DNA of 64,000 bases from positions 2,996 to 66,995 of the forward strand of contig DASXOW010000042.1 of assembly GCA_036493955.1 (NCBI GenBank). Reading direction: 5' to 3'. The position numbers were made by a program, and so were the translations under genes. The DNA comes from Gaiellaceae bacterium. GTDB lineage: Bacteria; Actinomycetota; Thermoleophilia; Gaiellales; Gaiellaceae. Position 1 is the first letter of the stretch; every line of letters begins with the position of its first letter. The notes under the pieces are model-generated. The model was not told the origin of the DNA. It worked only from the letters and a program-made list of their open reading frames with translations, and made no database searches. This document shows, piece by piece, positions 27,848 through 37,298 of this stretch.

Positions 27848-27953
27848 GCCAACCCTTCTCTCTCTTGAAGATGTGTACGGCGGCAGTACGCGCGCAACGG
27901 CCCAGACGGATTGCATCTCGCGTCCCATCCGGCACGATCGCGATGCTGCGCGT

Positions 27954-28322
27954 GTGCCGACCGTGTTGATCGTCGACGACGATGCGAAGTACCGTCGCGC
28001 GCTGACGGCGTTCCTCGACGCGTCGTTCGATCTCGACGTGGTCGCGGACACCGGCTCTGCCGAGGAGGCGGTCGCCCTCGCCGGCCACCTGCGACCAGAC
28101 GCGGTCGTCGTCGACATCGCGATGCCGGTCGTGGATGGAGTCGAGCTCGCAGCCCGCCTGCGCGCAGTCCTACCTGAGCTCGCGATCGTCCTCGTCACCG
28201 GCAACGTGCGCGCAGTCGCCCCCGGGCCCGTGCAGGCGCTCGGCAACGCGACGCTCGTTGCGAAGGGCGATCCCCTCCCGGTCGAGAACGCGCTGCGGAC
28301 GCTCTCGCGTGGGCCCTCTTAG
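27954..28322 (+). CDS. stand-alone response-regulator receiver domain protein
   Basis: VLIVDDD...VVVDIAMPVVDG...LVAKG. GTG start chosen inside the 27846 track ORF. Confidence 0.7.
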   Translation: MPTVLIVDDDAKYRRALTAFLDASFDLDVVADTGSAEEAVALAGHLRPDAVVVDIAMPVVDGVELAARLRAVLPELAIVLVTGNVRAVAPGPVQALGNATLVAKGDPLPVENALRTLSRGPS

Positions 28323-28335
28323 CTCTTCAGGCCGA

Positions 28336-28368
28336 GACCACGCGGGCCATGACTCGTGGTCAGACCAG
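28336..28368. repeat. hairpin repeat copy 1 (GACCACG-N12-CGTGGTC followed by AGACCA)
   Basis: Shares CCATGRCTCGYGGTCAGACCA with copy 2. The stem arms are complementary. Confidence 0.8.
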
Positions 28369-28449
28369 GGTCACGGAACTGCAACAACCCATCCACAGCA
28401 CACGGCCGACCGCACGCCGGAGCCGCCGCTTGCGGAGCAGGACACGCCT

Positions 28450-28478
28450 CACCGCGCCATGGCTCGCGGTCAGACCAC
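28450..28478. repeat. hairpin repeat copy 2 (ACCGCG-N8-CGCGGT followed by CAGACCA)
   Basis: Same element as copy 1, with both stem arms changed in a compensatory way (A to G on the left arm, T to C on the right). Confidence 0.8.
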
Positions 28479-28497
28479 TAGACGGGGCCCCAACTAG

Positions 28498-31041
28498 CTA
28501 GGCGCCGACGGACGCGTCTTCGAGGCTCTCGACGGCCGCGGCCGCGTGCTCGGCCATCGCGACGAGGACGTCGAGCTCCTCGTCCGACGGCCGGCGGCCG
28601 CTGCGCGGCTCGCCGACGGAGAAGATGCCGAGCAGCGCGCCGTCGGATCCGTAGAACGGGACGAAGAGCTCGTCCTCCGGATGCCAGAGCCACGGGTCCT
28701 GGCCGCGCGCTGCGCCCACGACCACCCGGTCCCCTTCGAGGGCGGACCAGTCGAACTCGCCTGCGCGGATGTGGTACGCCCCGCGGCGATGGAAGCGCGC
28801 GTCGAGGAGCGGCGCCCATTCCTCCCAACCGTTCACCGAGTTCAGGAGCGCGTCGCGCACCTCATCACTCCCGTGCACGGTGACGACGTCGAACACATCG
28901 GTTCCCGGCCGGCGCAGGTTGACCACGACGGTGCCGAGGCCGAGCGACTCGGACACGGTGCGCGCGATCGCGTCCAGGACACTCGACAGCGAGCCGGCGC
29001 GGCGGACGAGACGCGTCACGTCGAGCAGGCCGCGCAGGCTGGCGATCGTCGAGAGCCGTGGCTCGACCGGGCCGACGCGCGCAGCCGAACGCTGGACGAC
29101 CGCGTCGCTCGACGTCGCGACCTCGACGAGGGCCTCGACGACTACCGGATCGAACTGCGAGCCAGAGTTGCCGCGAAGCTCACGCACCGCCTGATCGACG
29201 GGCAGCCCAGCGCAATAGGGGCGCTCGGAAAGCATCGCGTCGAACGCGTCGCACGCCGCGACCACCCGCGCCGCGAGTGGGATCTCCTCACCGGCAAGGC
29301 CATCGGGGTACCCGAGGCCGTCCCAGCGCTCGTGGGTCGAGCGGACGATCGCGCCGACGGGCTCGAGTGTCGGCACCGAACAGAGCAGGCGCTCACCGAC
29401 GATCGTGTGCGTCCTCATCAGACGCCACTCCTCCTCGTCGAGCGGCCCGGGCTTCCCGAGCACCAGATCGGGGATTGCGACCTTCCCGATGTCGTGCAGC
29501 TCCGCCGCGAGGACGACCAGGTCGACGTCGTTGACCGGCATCCCGAGCGCGAGGCCGACGGTCCGTGAAAGCGCCGACACGGCCGTGGCATGGTGGTGCA
29601 GATCGGGCCGTTGCTCCTGGACGACTGCGAGCAGCAGGTCGCGCATCTGCAGGCGCGTCGAACGCCGGTCGCGATCCTTCCGTTCGTACATCCGCTGGTC
29701 GGCGAGGGCGAGCGCCTCGCTCGCTGTCTGCGCCTCGTGGGGGATGAGCGCGACGCCGTACGAGCAGCCGACCGTGCCCGCGTCGTGCGCTTCGCTAAGT
29801 GCGGCTTCCAGTTGCGGTAGCAGCCCGTCGAGCTCGCGCGGGTCCCCCGCCACGAGCGCGCAGAACTCGTCTCCGCCGAGGCGGTACGCCGTCCCGCGGT
29901 CGGACACTGCACCTTCGAGCCGCCGTGCGAGCTGCGCGAGCAGCCGATCGCCTTCGAGATGCCCGAACGTGTCGTTGTAGTGCTTGAAGCCGTTGAGATC
30001 GAAGAGCACAAGCGCCGCAGGAGTGTCGGCAGACGCGACGGCGACCGTGCGATCGAGATCCTCGACGAGCAGGCGACGGTTGCCGAGCTGCGTCAGGTCG
30101 TCCGTCAAAGCCTGCGCGCGAGTCGCTTCGAGCCGGCCCTCGAGCGCAACGGCGTGTGCCATCCGCACGAGCGCGCACAGCAGCGTGGCGGTCGCAAGCG
30201 CAGTCGCAGCGGTGCCGATTCTGCCCGCACCGACGACAAGGAGGCCGACCGCGACGGCCGCGGACGGGACGGCGAGCACGAGGCGCCGCATGCCGCGGGG
30301 CGCTGCGGCGATCTCGACCGGAGGCGGCTCCCAGGCAGCCGCCGCGAGCATCAACAGGCCGGCAGCCCACGCGACGTCGATCACCCGTCCCGCCGTCCAC
30401 TGCGTGTTCACGTAGTCGACATCGCCGATCCCGAAGACGACGAGGCCACCGCCGAGCAAGAGCCACGTGCGGACCGGCCGCCCGCCGGTCAGGACGACCG
30501 CGCCTCCGACGAGCGCCAGCAGGATGACGTCGCCGAGCGGATAGGCGAGCTTCGTCGCGACCGAGATCGAGCCGCCGGTCGCGGCGTCGACGACCGGCCG
30601 GAACGCGAATGCAGCGCCGAGAGCGGTGGTCGCGAGCGCGGCGACGAGACCGTCGAGCCAGAGGCCCGCATCGAGCGCGACGACGCGCCGGCGGACGAGC
30701 AGGGCGATCGTCACATACGCGCCGGGGTAGAGGGCGAGCCAGAACGGATCGGCAACTGACGGCGTGGCGACGTGACGGTTCGCGAGCGTCAGCGCGGCGT
30801 AGACGACGAACCCGACCGAGTAGCACGACATGCCGACTGCGAGCGGCAGCCAGATGCGCCGCTCGCCCGGCAGGAACGTCCGCCGGATCATCAGCCCGGT
30901 CGCGCCGAAGGCCGCGACATTCGTCAGGTTCAGCCCGGCGAGGTGCGGGGCCGACCCGACCAAGAGGAAGCTGAGCGCGTGCACGACTACGAGCGCGCCG
31001 AAGCCGCCCGTCGCAGCCGAGACCCACGTGCCGCGCCGCAT
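28498..31041 (-). CDS. membrane sensor diguanylate cyclase / HD-GYP phosphodiesterase with C-terminal GAF domain
   Basis: 847 aa from MRRGTWVSA. About 9 TM, GGDEF (RLGGDEFCAL), HD-GYP (ELHDIGK, HERWDGLGYP), then a GAF-like module. Confidence 0.9.
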   Translation of the reverse strand: MRRGTWVSAATGGFGALVVVHALSFLLVGSAPHLAGLNLTNVAAFGATGLMIRRTFLPGERRIWLPLAVGMSCYSVGFVVYAALTLANRHVATPSVADPFWLALYPGAYVTIALLVRRRVVALDAGLWLDGLVAALATTALGAAFAFRPVVDAATGGSISVATKLAYPLGDVILLALVGGAVVLTGGRPVRTWLLLGGGLVVFGIGDVDYVNTQWTAGRVIDVAWAAGLLMLAAAAWEPPPVEIAAAPRGMRRLVLAVPSAAVAVGLLVVGAGRIGTAATALATATLLCALVRMAHAVALEGRLEATRAQALTDDLTQLGNRRLLVEDLDRTVAVASADTPAALVLFDLNGFKHYNDTFGHLEGDRLLAQLARRLEGAVSDRGTAYRLGGDEFCALVAGDPRELDGLLPQLEAALSEAHDAGTVGCSYGVALIPHEAQTASEALALADQRMYERKDRDRRSTRLQMRDLLLAVVQEQRPDLHHHATAVSALSRTVGLALGMPVNDVDLVVLAAELHDIGKVAIPDLVLGKPGPLDEEEWRLMRTHTIVGERLLCSVPTLEPVGAIVRSTHERWDGLGYPDGLAGEEIPLAARVVAACDAFDAMLSERPYCAGLPVDQAVRELRGNSGSQFDPVVVEALVEVATSSDAVVQRSAARVGPVEPRLSTIASLRGLLDVTRLVRRAGSLSSVLDAIARTVSESLGLGTVVVNLRRPGTDVFDVVTVHGSDEVRDALLNSVNGWEEWAPLLDARFHRRGAYHIRAGEFDWSALEGDRVVVGAARGQDPWLWHPEDELFVPFYGSDGALLGIFSVGEPRSGRRPSDEELDVLVAMAEHAAAAVESLEDASVGA

Positions 31042-31101
31042 ACCTTTTTCTCGGCGTTCCCGGGGGTCGGGACCTCCCCCATATCGGTGACTTCCGGCAG
31101 G

Positions 31102-32550
31102 ATGCTGCGGATGTGGGAACCCACCCCCGACCAGGAGGCCGCCGCGGCGGTCGGCGAGGCGCTCCGCGGGATCGGCTACGACGAGGAAGCGATCGAGCAC
31201 CGGCTCGGCGAGGACGGGATCGCGGCCGAGGGCGGTGAGGCCCTCGTCCATGCGCTCCGGCTCGACTCGGACGAGCTCGGCGACGCGATTCGCCTCCTGC
31301 TGCTCGCGCGCCCCGTCTCGCGCTCGTCGTTCGCGGCAGGCTCTGAACTCGTGCAGCTCGGCCTTGCCACCGACGAGGGCGGGCTCCTCGTGCCGCGCGC
31401 CCGCATCGTCCCGACGGAGGGCGTCTACCTGGCGTTCGACACGTTTTCGCACGGCGACAACGATCCGCCCGGCTGGGTCGCAAGCTTCACCCCGACCGCG
31501 TACTGGCTCGCGTCGCTGACGCCACGCCGCCGGGTGGCGCGCGCCGTCGACATCGGGACGGGCAACGGCGTGCACGCACTGCTCGCCGCCCGCCACGCGG
31601 GTCACGTCATCGCGACGGACATCAATCCGCGCGCGCTCGCTTTCACGGAGATCAGCGCTGCGCTGAATGGGCTAGACAACGTCGAGACCCGGCTCGGGAG
31701 CCTGTTCGAGCCGGTTGCGGGTGAGACGTTCGATCTCATCACGTGCAACGCGCCGTACGTCATCTCGCCGAAGGCGCGCTGGCAGTACCGGGACGCGGGC
31801 TACCCGGGTGACGAGTTCTCGCGGCTCGTCGTCACGACTACTGCGACGCACCTCGCGGACGACGGGTTCGCAGCGGTGCTCGTCAGCTGGCTTGCGCGTT
31901 CGGAGGACGAGCCCGACGAGCACGTCCACGAGTGGCTCGACGGCAACGGCTGTGACGCATGGATCCTCGGACTGGCCGGATCTGACCCCGTCGACCACGC
32001 CGCAGGGTGGAACGACCACCTGAGCTCCGACCCCGACGCGTACGCGGCCGCGATCGACGAGTGGACGGCGTACTTCGCCGGATTTGACGCGGGCTGGATC
32101 TCCGAGGGCGGCGTCGTCATGCACAAGCGCGCCGGCGACCGCCACATCGTGCGCGCCGACGGCGTCGACGAGGACGAGCTCGAGTTCGCGAGCGACCAGA
32201 TCGAGCGTGTGTTCACCGCGCTCGCCGCGCTCGCCCGCGACGGCGAGGCGGTGCTCGACGGACGCTTGCGGCTCGTCGAAGAGACACGGTTCGACCAGGA
32301 GCTCGACCGAACCGGGGCTGTCACATCGACCTTGCTCGTCCTCGACGAGGGAACGTGCTCCGACTGGGAGCTCACGGTCGACGAGGCCGACGTGCTCGTC
32401 GCGCTCGACGGCGCAACGACGCTCGATCAGGCGGTCGCGCGCGTCGCCCGGCGCGAAGAACTGTCCAAGAGTGAGATCGCCGAACTTCGCCGCGACGTGC
32501 ACGACCTCGCGCGCGACCTGTTCGAAGCCGGCGTTCTGGAGCTCGTATGA
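31102..32550 (+). CDS. class I SAM-dependent methyltransferase with C-terminal extension
   Basis: VDIGTGNGV (motif I) and ITCNAPYV (NPPY-like motif IV). Divergent from the GGDEF gene across a 60-bp gap. Confidence 0.75.
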   Translation: MLRMWEPTPDQEAAAAVGEALRGIGYDEEAIEHRLGEDGIAAEGGEALVHALRLDSDELGDAIRLLLLARPVSRSSFAAGSELVQLGLATDEGGLLVPRARIVPTEGVYLAFDTFSHGDNDPPGWVASFTPTAYWLASLTPRRRVARAVDIGTGNGVHALLAARHAGHVIATDINPRALAFTEISAALNGLDNVETRLGSLFEPVAGETFDLITCNAPYVISPKARWQYRDAGYPGDEFSRLVVTTTATHLADDGFAAVLVSWLARSEDEPDEHVHEWLDGNGCDAWILGLAGSDPVDHAAGWNDHLSSDPDAYAAAIDEWTAYFAGFDAGWISEGGVVMHKRAGDRHIVRADGVDEDELEFASDQIERVFTALAALARDGEAVLDGRLRLVEETRFDQELDRTGAVTSTLLVLDEGTCSDWELTVDEADVLVALDGATTLDQAVARVARREELSKSEIAELRRDVHDLARDLFEAGVLELV

Positions 32551-32614
32551 GCGTAGGCTCGACGGAGCTCATCAAAGAGCGCAGTCGCCGACATGCGCGG
32601 CGCCGGAGCGGGAA

Positions 32615-33076
32615 TTGACGACGTCTGACCTGTTCGACGAGAACCCGGGAGCGGCGTCTTGCGAGACGCAGTTCCGCCAGTTCGGCGCCGTGCGCAGCTT
32701 CTCCGGCCCGATCGCGACGGTGCGCTGTCTCGAGGACAACGTGCTGCTGCGCGCCCAGGTATCGGAGACCGGCGACGGCCGCGTGCTGGTCGTCGATGGC
32801 GGGGCCTCGTTCGCGTGCGCCCTGCTCGGCGACAACATCGCCGAGCTCGCCGTGTCGAACGGCTGGGCGGGGATCGTCATCAACGGCTGCGTCCGCGACG
32901 TCGCGGCTCTTGCCGGACTGCCGATCGGGATCAAGGCGCTCGGCACGAACCCACGTCCAAGCGGCAAGACCGGGGCCGGCGAGGTCGACGTGCCCGTGAC
33001 GTTCGGTGGTGCCGAGTTCGTGCCCGGCGCGACGCTGCACGCCGACGACGACGGCGTGATAGTGCTCGCGCCGTGA
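32615..33076 (+). CDS. rraA: RraA-family protein (RNase E regulator / HMG-aldolase fold)
   Basis: 153 aa with LFDENP...FGAVRSFSGPIATV...GDGRVLVVDGG...GDNIAELAVSNGWAGIVINGCVRD. TTG start 7 nt after GGAG. Confidence 0.8.
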   Translation: MTTSDLFDENPGAASCETQFRQFGAVRSFSGPIATVRCLEDNVLLRAQVSETGDGRVLVVDGGASFACALLGDNIAELAVSNGWAGIVINGCVRDVAALAGLPIGIKALGTNPRPSGKTGAGEVDVPVTFGGAEFVPGATLHADDDGVIVLAP

Positions 33077-33792
33077 CGTGGCTCGCCGTCCCGCTCGCAC
33101 TTGCGACCGCGGTCTCGACGATGTTGGGCGGACTCGTCGCGTTCCGCCTGCGCAAAGAGCTCGCGACGGTGATCGCGTTCACCGGCGGAATCGTCGTCGC
33201 AGTCGCGCTGTTCGACGTCCTGCCGGAAGCGCTCGACCTGATTGACTCGCCCCGCCGCGTGATGACGCTCGTCGGGGCGGGGTTCGTCGGCTTCTTCCTC
33301 GTGGAGCGCATGCTCGTCCTGCACCACCGTGACGAGCCCGAGCAGGCGCGTGCACACGCACGCGTCGGTGCGCTCGGTGCGGCGGGCCTGTCGCTACACA
33401 GCTTCCTGGACGGGCTCGGGATCGGCCTCGCGCTCCACGTGAACACGGCGACCGGGCTGCTGGTGTTCCTCGCGGTGATCAGCCACGACTTCGCCGACGG
33501 GATGAACACCGTCAGCTTCGTGCTGCGCCAGAGCGACGACGCACGGAGCGCGGTGCGGTGGCTCGCGATCGATGCCACCGCACCACTCGTCGGCGCGATC
33601 GTCGGTGCCTCGGTGGGCATCTCCGATCATGGGCTCGGCTACGTGCTCGCCGCCTACGCCGGGTTCTTCCTGTTCCTCGGCGCGACCGACCTGCTGCCCG
33701 AGGCGCACAGCCACCCGTCGTGGCGCCGCGTCTTGCTCACGATCGCCGGTTTCGTCGCGACGTTCCTCGTCGCGTATGTCGCGTCGCGCTGA
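33073..33792 (+). CDS. ZIP-family divalent metal transporter (ZupT-like)
   Basis: 239 aa, 8 TM, with HSFLDGLGIG and HDFADG motifs. GTGA overlap with rraA. Confidence 0.85.
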   Translation: MTWLAVPLALATAVSTMLGGLVAFRLRKELATVIAFTGGIVVAVALFDVLPEALDLIDSPRRVMTLVGAGFVGFFLVERMLVLHHRDEPEQARAHARVGALGAAGLSLHSFLDGLGIGLALHVNTATGLLVFLAVISHDFADGMNTVSFVLRQSDDARSAVRWLAIDATAPLVGAIVGASVGISDHGLGYVLAAYAGFFLFLGATDLLPEAHSHPSWRRVLLTIAGFVATFLVAYVASR

Positions 33793-33801
33793 AGGTTCCT
33801 T

Positions 33802-34860
33802 CTAACTCCTTGATCCCAGCGTCACGTGCACCGTCTTCGACGAGCCGTCGCGCCTGATCGTCAGCGTCAACGCGTCACCGGGCTGGTGACCGGCGATGAT
33901 CGCGCGGATTTGGGCCGAGCTCGTGATGTGCGTCGAGCCCACGGCGGTGATCACATCGCCCTGCTTCAGACCCGCGTCGGCGGCGGCAGTGCCGTTCTTC
34001 ACCGTCGCGACGCGGACGCCGTTCGCGGTGTCTGCAGGCGTCACGCCGAGGAGGGCGTGCTGCGCCTTGCCGTTGGAGATCAGCTGCGTCGCGATCGACT
34101 TGACCGTGTTCGAGGGAACCGCGAACCCGACGCCGTCGTTGCCGCCGCCCTCGCTCTGAATCTGGGACGTGATGCCGATCACGCCGCCACGCAGGTCGAG
34201 CAACGGGCCGCCGGAGTTGCCGTGGTTGATCGCGGCGTCGGTCTGGATCGCTCCTTCGATCGGCGTGTCGTCAGGCGATGCGATCTCGCGGCCGACGGCG
34301 CTGACGATGCCGCTCGTCACGGTGCCGTCGAGCCCGAACGGGTTGCCGATTGCGACGACGCCGTCGCCGACCGCGACCTTCGAGCTGTCGGCGAGCGCGA
34401 GCGGGCTGAGCTTCGAAGAAGGCGCGTTCACGTGCAGCACCGCGACGTCGGTCGCTGTGTCGGAGCCGATGACGGTCGCGGTGTACGTCGAGCCATCCGA
34501 GAACTTCACCTTGACGCTGCTCGCACCGGAGATCACGTGCTGGTTCGTGATGATGTCGCCCTTCGTGTCGTAGACAAACCCGGTTCCTTCGGCCGACTGG
34601 CTGCCGTTGTTGCCGTCCGGGAACGACTGACCGCCGCCCGGGCTAGTCGCGTCGACTTCGACAACGCTCTTCGTCGCGTCCTTCGCGATCTGGCCGACGC
34701 TCAGGTCGGAGTTCGCGACGTTTGCACTCGTATCGGCGGTGGTGACGGTGGCGGTCTTCACGGAGCCGCCGTCGTCGGCGAGCGTGACGATCGCGGCGCC
34801 TGCACCACCGCCGATGACGGCGGCTGCGGCGACCATGGCGACCATGCGGTTACTGGGCAT
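33802..34860 (-). CDS. HtrA-like serine protease with PDZ domain
   Basis: TM anchor, TNQHV (His), DVAVL (Asp), GNSGGPL (Ser), PDZ (GLKQGDVITAVG). Confidence 0.85.
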   Translation of the reverse strand: MPSNRMVAMVAAAAVIGGGAGAAIVTLADDGGSVKTATVTTADTSANVANSDLSVGQIAKDATKSVVEVDATSPGGGQSFPDGNNGSQSAEGTGFVYDTKGDIITNQHVISGASSVKVKFSDGSTYTATVIGSDTATDVAVLHVNAPSSKLSPLALADSSKVAVGDGVVAIGNPFGLDGTVTSGIVSAVGREIASPDDTPIEGAIQTDAAINHGNSGGPLLDLRGGVIGITSQIQSEGGGNDGVGFAVPSNTVKSIATQLISNGKAQHALLGVTPADTANGVRVATVKNGTAAADAGLKQGDVITAVGSTHITSSAQIRAIIAGHQPGDALTLTIRRDGSSKTVHVTLGSRS

Positions 34861-34963
34861 CAGAATCCTTTCGTTCGCGAGTTCTCCTTCCAGAGTTCCC
34901 CGCATCTCTATGTCGCCGCTGAGGACGAGCTAAGAAGTTCCTGAGAAGGCAGAGTGCCGGAAC

Positions 34964-36214
34964 GTGCTCGCGCCGCCGCCAGCCCTCCGTCACCCGGACT
35001 TCCGCCGCCTGTGGACGTCGATCCTCTGCTCGGGGATAGCGCTGCAGATGGCGCAGGTCGCGATCGGGTGGCAGGTCTACTCGATTCGGCACAACCCGTT
35101 CGACCTGGGCCTGATCGGCCTCGCCGAGTTCGCGCCGGTGCCGTTGCTCGCGCTACCCGCGGGCCAACTGGCAGACCGGTTGCCGCGTGTGGCCGTCGTC
35201 GTGGTGACGAGCATCGGCGACGCAGTCGTGGCGGGGCTCTTGCTCGTGGTCACGCTTCACGGAGCGCACGAGCTCTGGCAGTTCGTCGCGCTCGCGGCAC
35301 TGACCGGTGCGATCAGCGCGCTCGGCAGCCCTGCGCAGCGGTCGCTCGTGCCGGAGCTCGTTCCCGCCGAGCTGCTGACCGCAGCGCTCGCCTTGCGCTC
35401 GATCGCGGGCCAGGCAGCGACGATTGGCGGGCCGACGGTCGGGGGGCTCCTGTTCTCGCTCCGGCCGGAGGCCGTTTACGCCCTCGCGGCAGTGATGCTG
35501 ATCGCCTCGGCCATCGTGCTCCTGCCCGTGACGCGACCCGACACGCCGCCGATGGGCGAGCCTGCGACGGTGCAAACGCTGTTCGCCGGCGTGCGCTTCA
35601 TTCGCGGGACGCCGGTGATTCTCGGCGCGATTACGCTCGACCTCTTCGCCGTGTTGTTCGGCGGGGCAGTCGCATTGTTGCCGCTTTACGCGAAGTCGAT
35701 CCTCCACACAGGCCCGTTCGGGCTCGGCGTGCTCCGAAGCATGGTCGCGGTCGGGGCGCTCGTCGCCGGCTTCAGGCTTGCGCGCCGCCCGCTCGGCGGT
35801 CGTGCCGGCCGCACGCTGCTGCTCGTGGTCGGGACATTCGGCGCGAGCATGGTCGTCTTCGGCCTCTCGCGCTCGATCGTGCTGTCGGCCGTCGCGCTCG
35901 CAGTGAGTGGCTTCGCGGACATGTACTCGATGAACATCCGGTCGACGACCGTCGCGCTCGCGACGCCCAACTCGCTGCGCGGACGCGTGAACGCGGTCGA
36001 GAACGTCTTCATCGGTGCGTCGAACGAGCTCGGCGCGTTCGAGTCGGGCGCGGCGGCGGCGTTGCTCGGAGCGACACCTGCGGTCGTTGCGGGCGGCGCG
36101 CTCACGATCGTTATTGCGCTCGTCTGGCCGCGGATCTTCCCGCAACTGGCTCGGGTCGACCGGCTCGACGCCGTTCGACCTGAGGCCGAGACGGCCACGG
36201 AAGTCGGCGGCTAA
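34964..36214 (+). CDS. MFS transporter
   Basis: 416 aa, 12 TM, with a PAGQLADRLPR motif in loop 2-3. Confidence 0.8.
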   Translation: MLAPPPALRHPDFRRLWTSILCSGIALQMAQVAIGWQVYSIRHNPFDLGLIGLAEFAPVPLLALPAGQLADRLPRVAVVVVTSIGDAVVAGLLLVVTLHGAHELWQFVALAALTGAISALGSPAQRSLVPELVPAELLTAALALRSIAGQAATIGGPTVGGLLFSLRPEAVYALAAVMLIASAIVLLPVTRPDTPPMGEPATVQTLFAGVRFIRGTPVILGAITLDLFAVLFGGAVALLPLYAKSILHTGPFGLGVLRSMVAVGALVAGFRLARRPLGGRAGRTLLLVVGTFGASMVVFGLSRSIVLSAVALAVSGFADMYSMNIRSTTVALATPNSLRGRVNAVENVFIGASNELGAFESGAAAALLGATPAVVAGGALTIVIALVWPRIFPQLARVDRLDAVRPEAETATEVGG

Positions 36215-36346
36215 GACGCGGCTCCGCGGAACCTAGAGCGTGTTGGCGTCATTGCAAAGCCTTTTAGCCACCTCCGCTCCCGTTGTCCCTACAGATAACA
36301 GAGCGGTCGCGGCGGACGCCTGAGCCACGCGGCTAGTGTCTCCGCG

Positions 36347-36784
36347 ATGCCGAACTGCACGTTCTGCGACTTGGACGGGTTTCGGCGGGACAGCGTCGTG
36401 CTCCGCGAGAACGAACTGGCTTTATTCGGAAACCTCGAAGACGGTGGAGCGTTGAGCGGCTCCGGAGTAATCGTGCCGAAGGCTCACAAGGAGACTGTGT
36501 TCGACCTGACTGCCGACGAAATCACCGCGACGTTCGAACTCCTGCGCGACGTGCGGCCGTTACTGGAGGCGCGGTACAACCCGGACGGCTTCAACATCGG
36601 CTGGAACTGCTTCGGGGCAGCGGGGCAAGAAGTTCCCCACGCGCACATGCACGTTCTTCTTCGCTTCAGTGATGAGCCGAGGGCGGGATACGGGATCCGT
36701 TGGTGGCTGCGTCAGCCTGAGAACCGAAGGCCCGATCCCACTGCTCCAGGAACCGGGAGACGCGACTACAAGGTTTCGTACTAG
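36347..36784 (+). CDS. HIT (histidine triad) family protein
   Basis: N-terminal CTFC and histidine triad HAHMHVL. Lower-GC codon usage than the flanking genes. Confidence 0.8.
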   Translation: MPNCTFCDLDGFRRDSVVLRENELALFGNLEDGGALSGSGVIVPKAHKETVFDLTADEITATFELLRDVRPLLEARYNPDGFNIGWNCFGAAGQEVPHAHMHVLLRFSDEPRAGYGIRWWLRQPENRRPDPTAPGTGRRDYKVSY

Positions 36785-36818
36785 AGACCTGGCATTCCCG
36801 ACGCGAGTAGCTCGTGCG

Positions 36819-37286
36819 CTAGCTCTGGATTCGGCCGGGGCGAAGCGGTCGTGCGTGGGTGCTGATTTTCTCGAGTGCTCGCGTTAGGGCCTTGACGTCT
36901 GCCTGGGAAAGGTGCTTGGCGAAGTGGCGTTCGATTCCGTCGCGGTGATGGGCGCGGGCGCGTTCGAGTGTCGCGCTGCCTTTGGTGGTGGGAACGACGA
37001 GGATCGTGCGGCGGTCCTCCTCGGGGCGGACGCGACGGATGAGGCCCGCTTCTTCCATCCGGTCGACGACTCGGGTGAAGCCGCTTTTGCTGTAGAGAAT
37101 CCGGTCGGCGAGCAGGTTCATCGAGATCCCGTCGGGGGATTCCTCGAGGTGGACGAGGACGTCGTACCAACGTTGCGAGATGCCCGCATCCCGTTCGAGC
37201 TCAGCGTCGAGGATGTCGAGGAGCGCGAGGGCGCTCTCGAAGAACAGCCGCCAAGCGCGCAACCGCTCGCTCGACGGACTTGACAA
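36819..37286 (-). CDS. MarR family transcriptional regulator
   Basis: Winged-HTH core (ISMNLLADRILYSKSGFTRVVDRMEEAGLIRRVRPEEDRRTILV). TTG start inferred; the track ORF extends to 37433 over the cupin remnant. Confidence 0.7.
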   Translation of the reverse strand: MSSPSSERLRAWRLFFESALALLDILDAELERDAGISQRWYDVLVHLEESPDGISMNLLADRILYSKSGFTRVVDRMEEAGLIRRVRPEEDRRTILVVPTTKGSATLERARAHHRDGIERHFAKHLSQADVKALTRALEKISTHARPLRPGRIQS

Positions 37287-37298
37287 CGTTGATTCGAC

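Noticed and set aside
36245-36805. Possible degenerate inverted copies of the array repeat at about 36245-36262 (GGCGTCATTgc) and about 36787-36805 (CTGGCATTCCCGA), which would extend the array leftward.
   Set aside because: Only 10-13 nt match, with gaps. This is within what chance could give without a statistical search. It is worth re-testing with a profile built from the eight copies.
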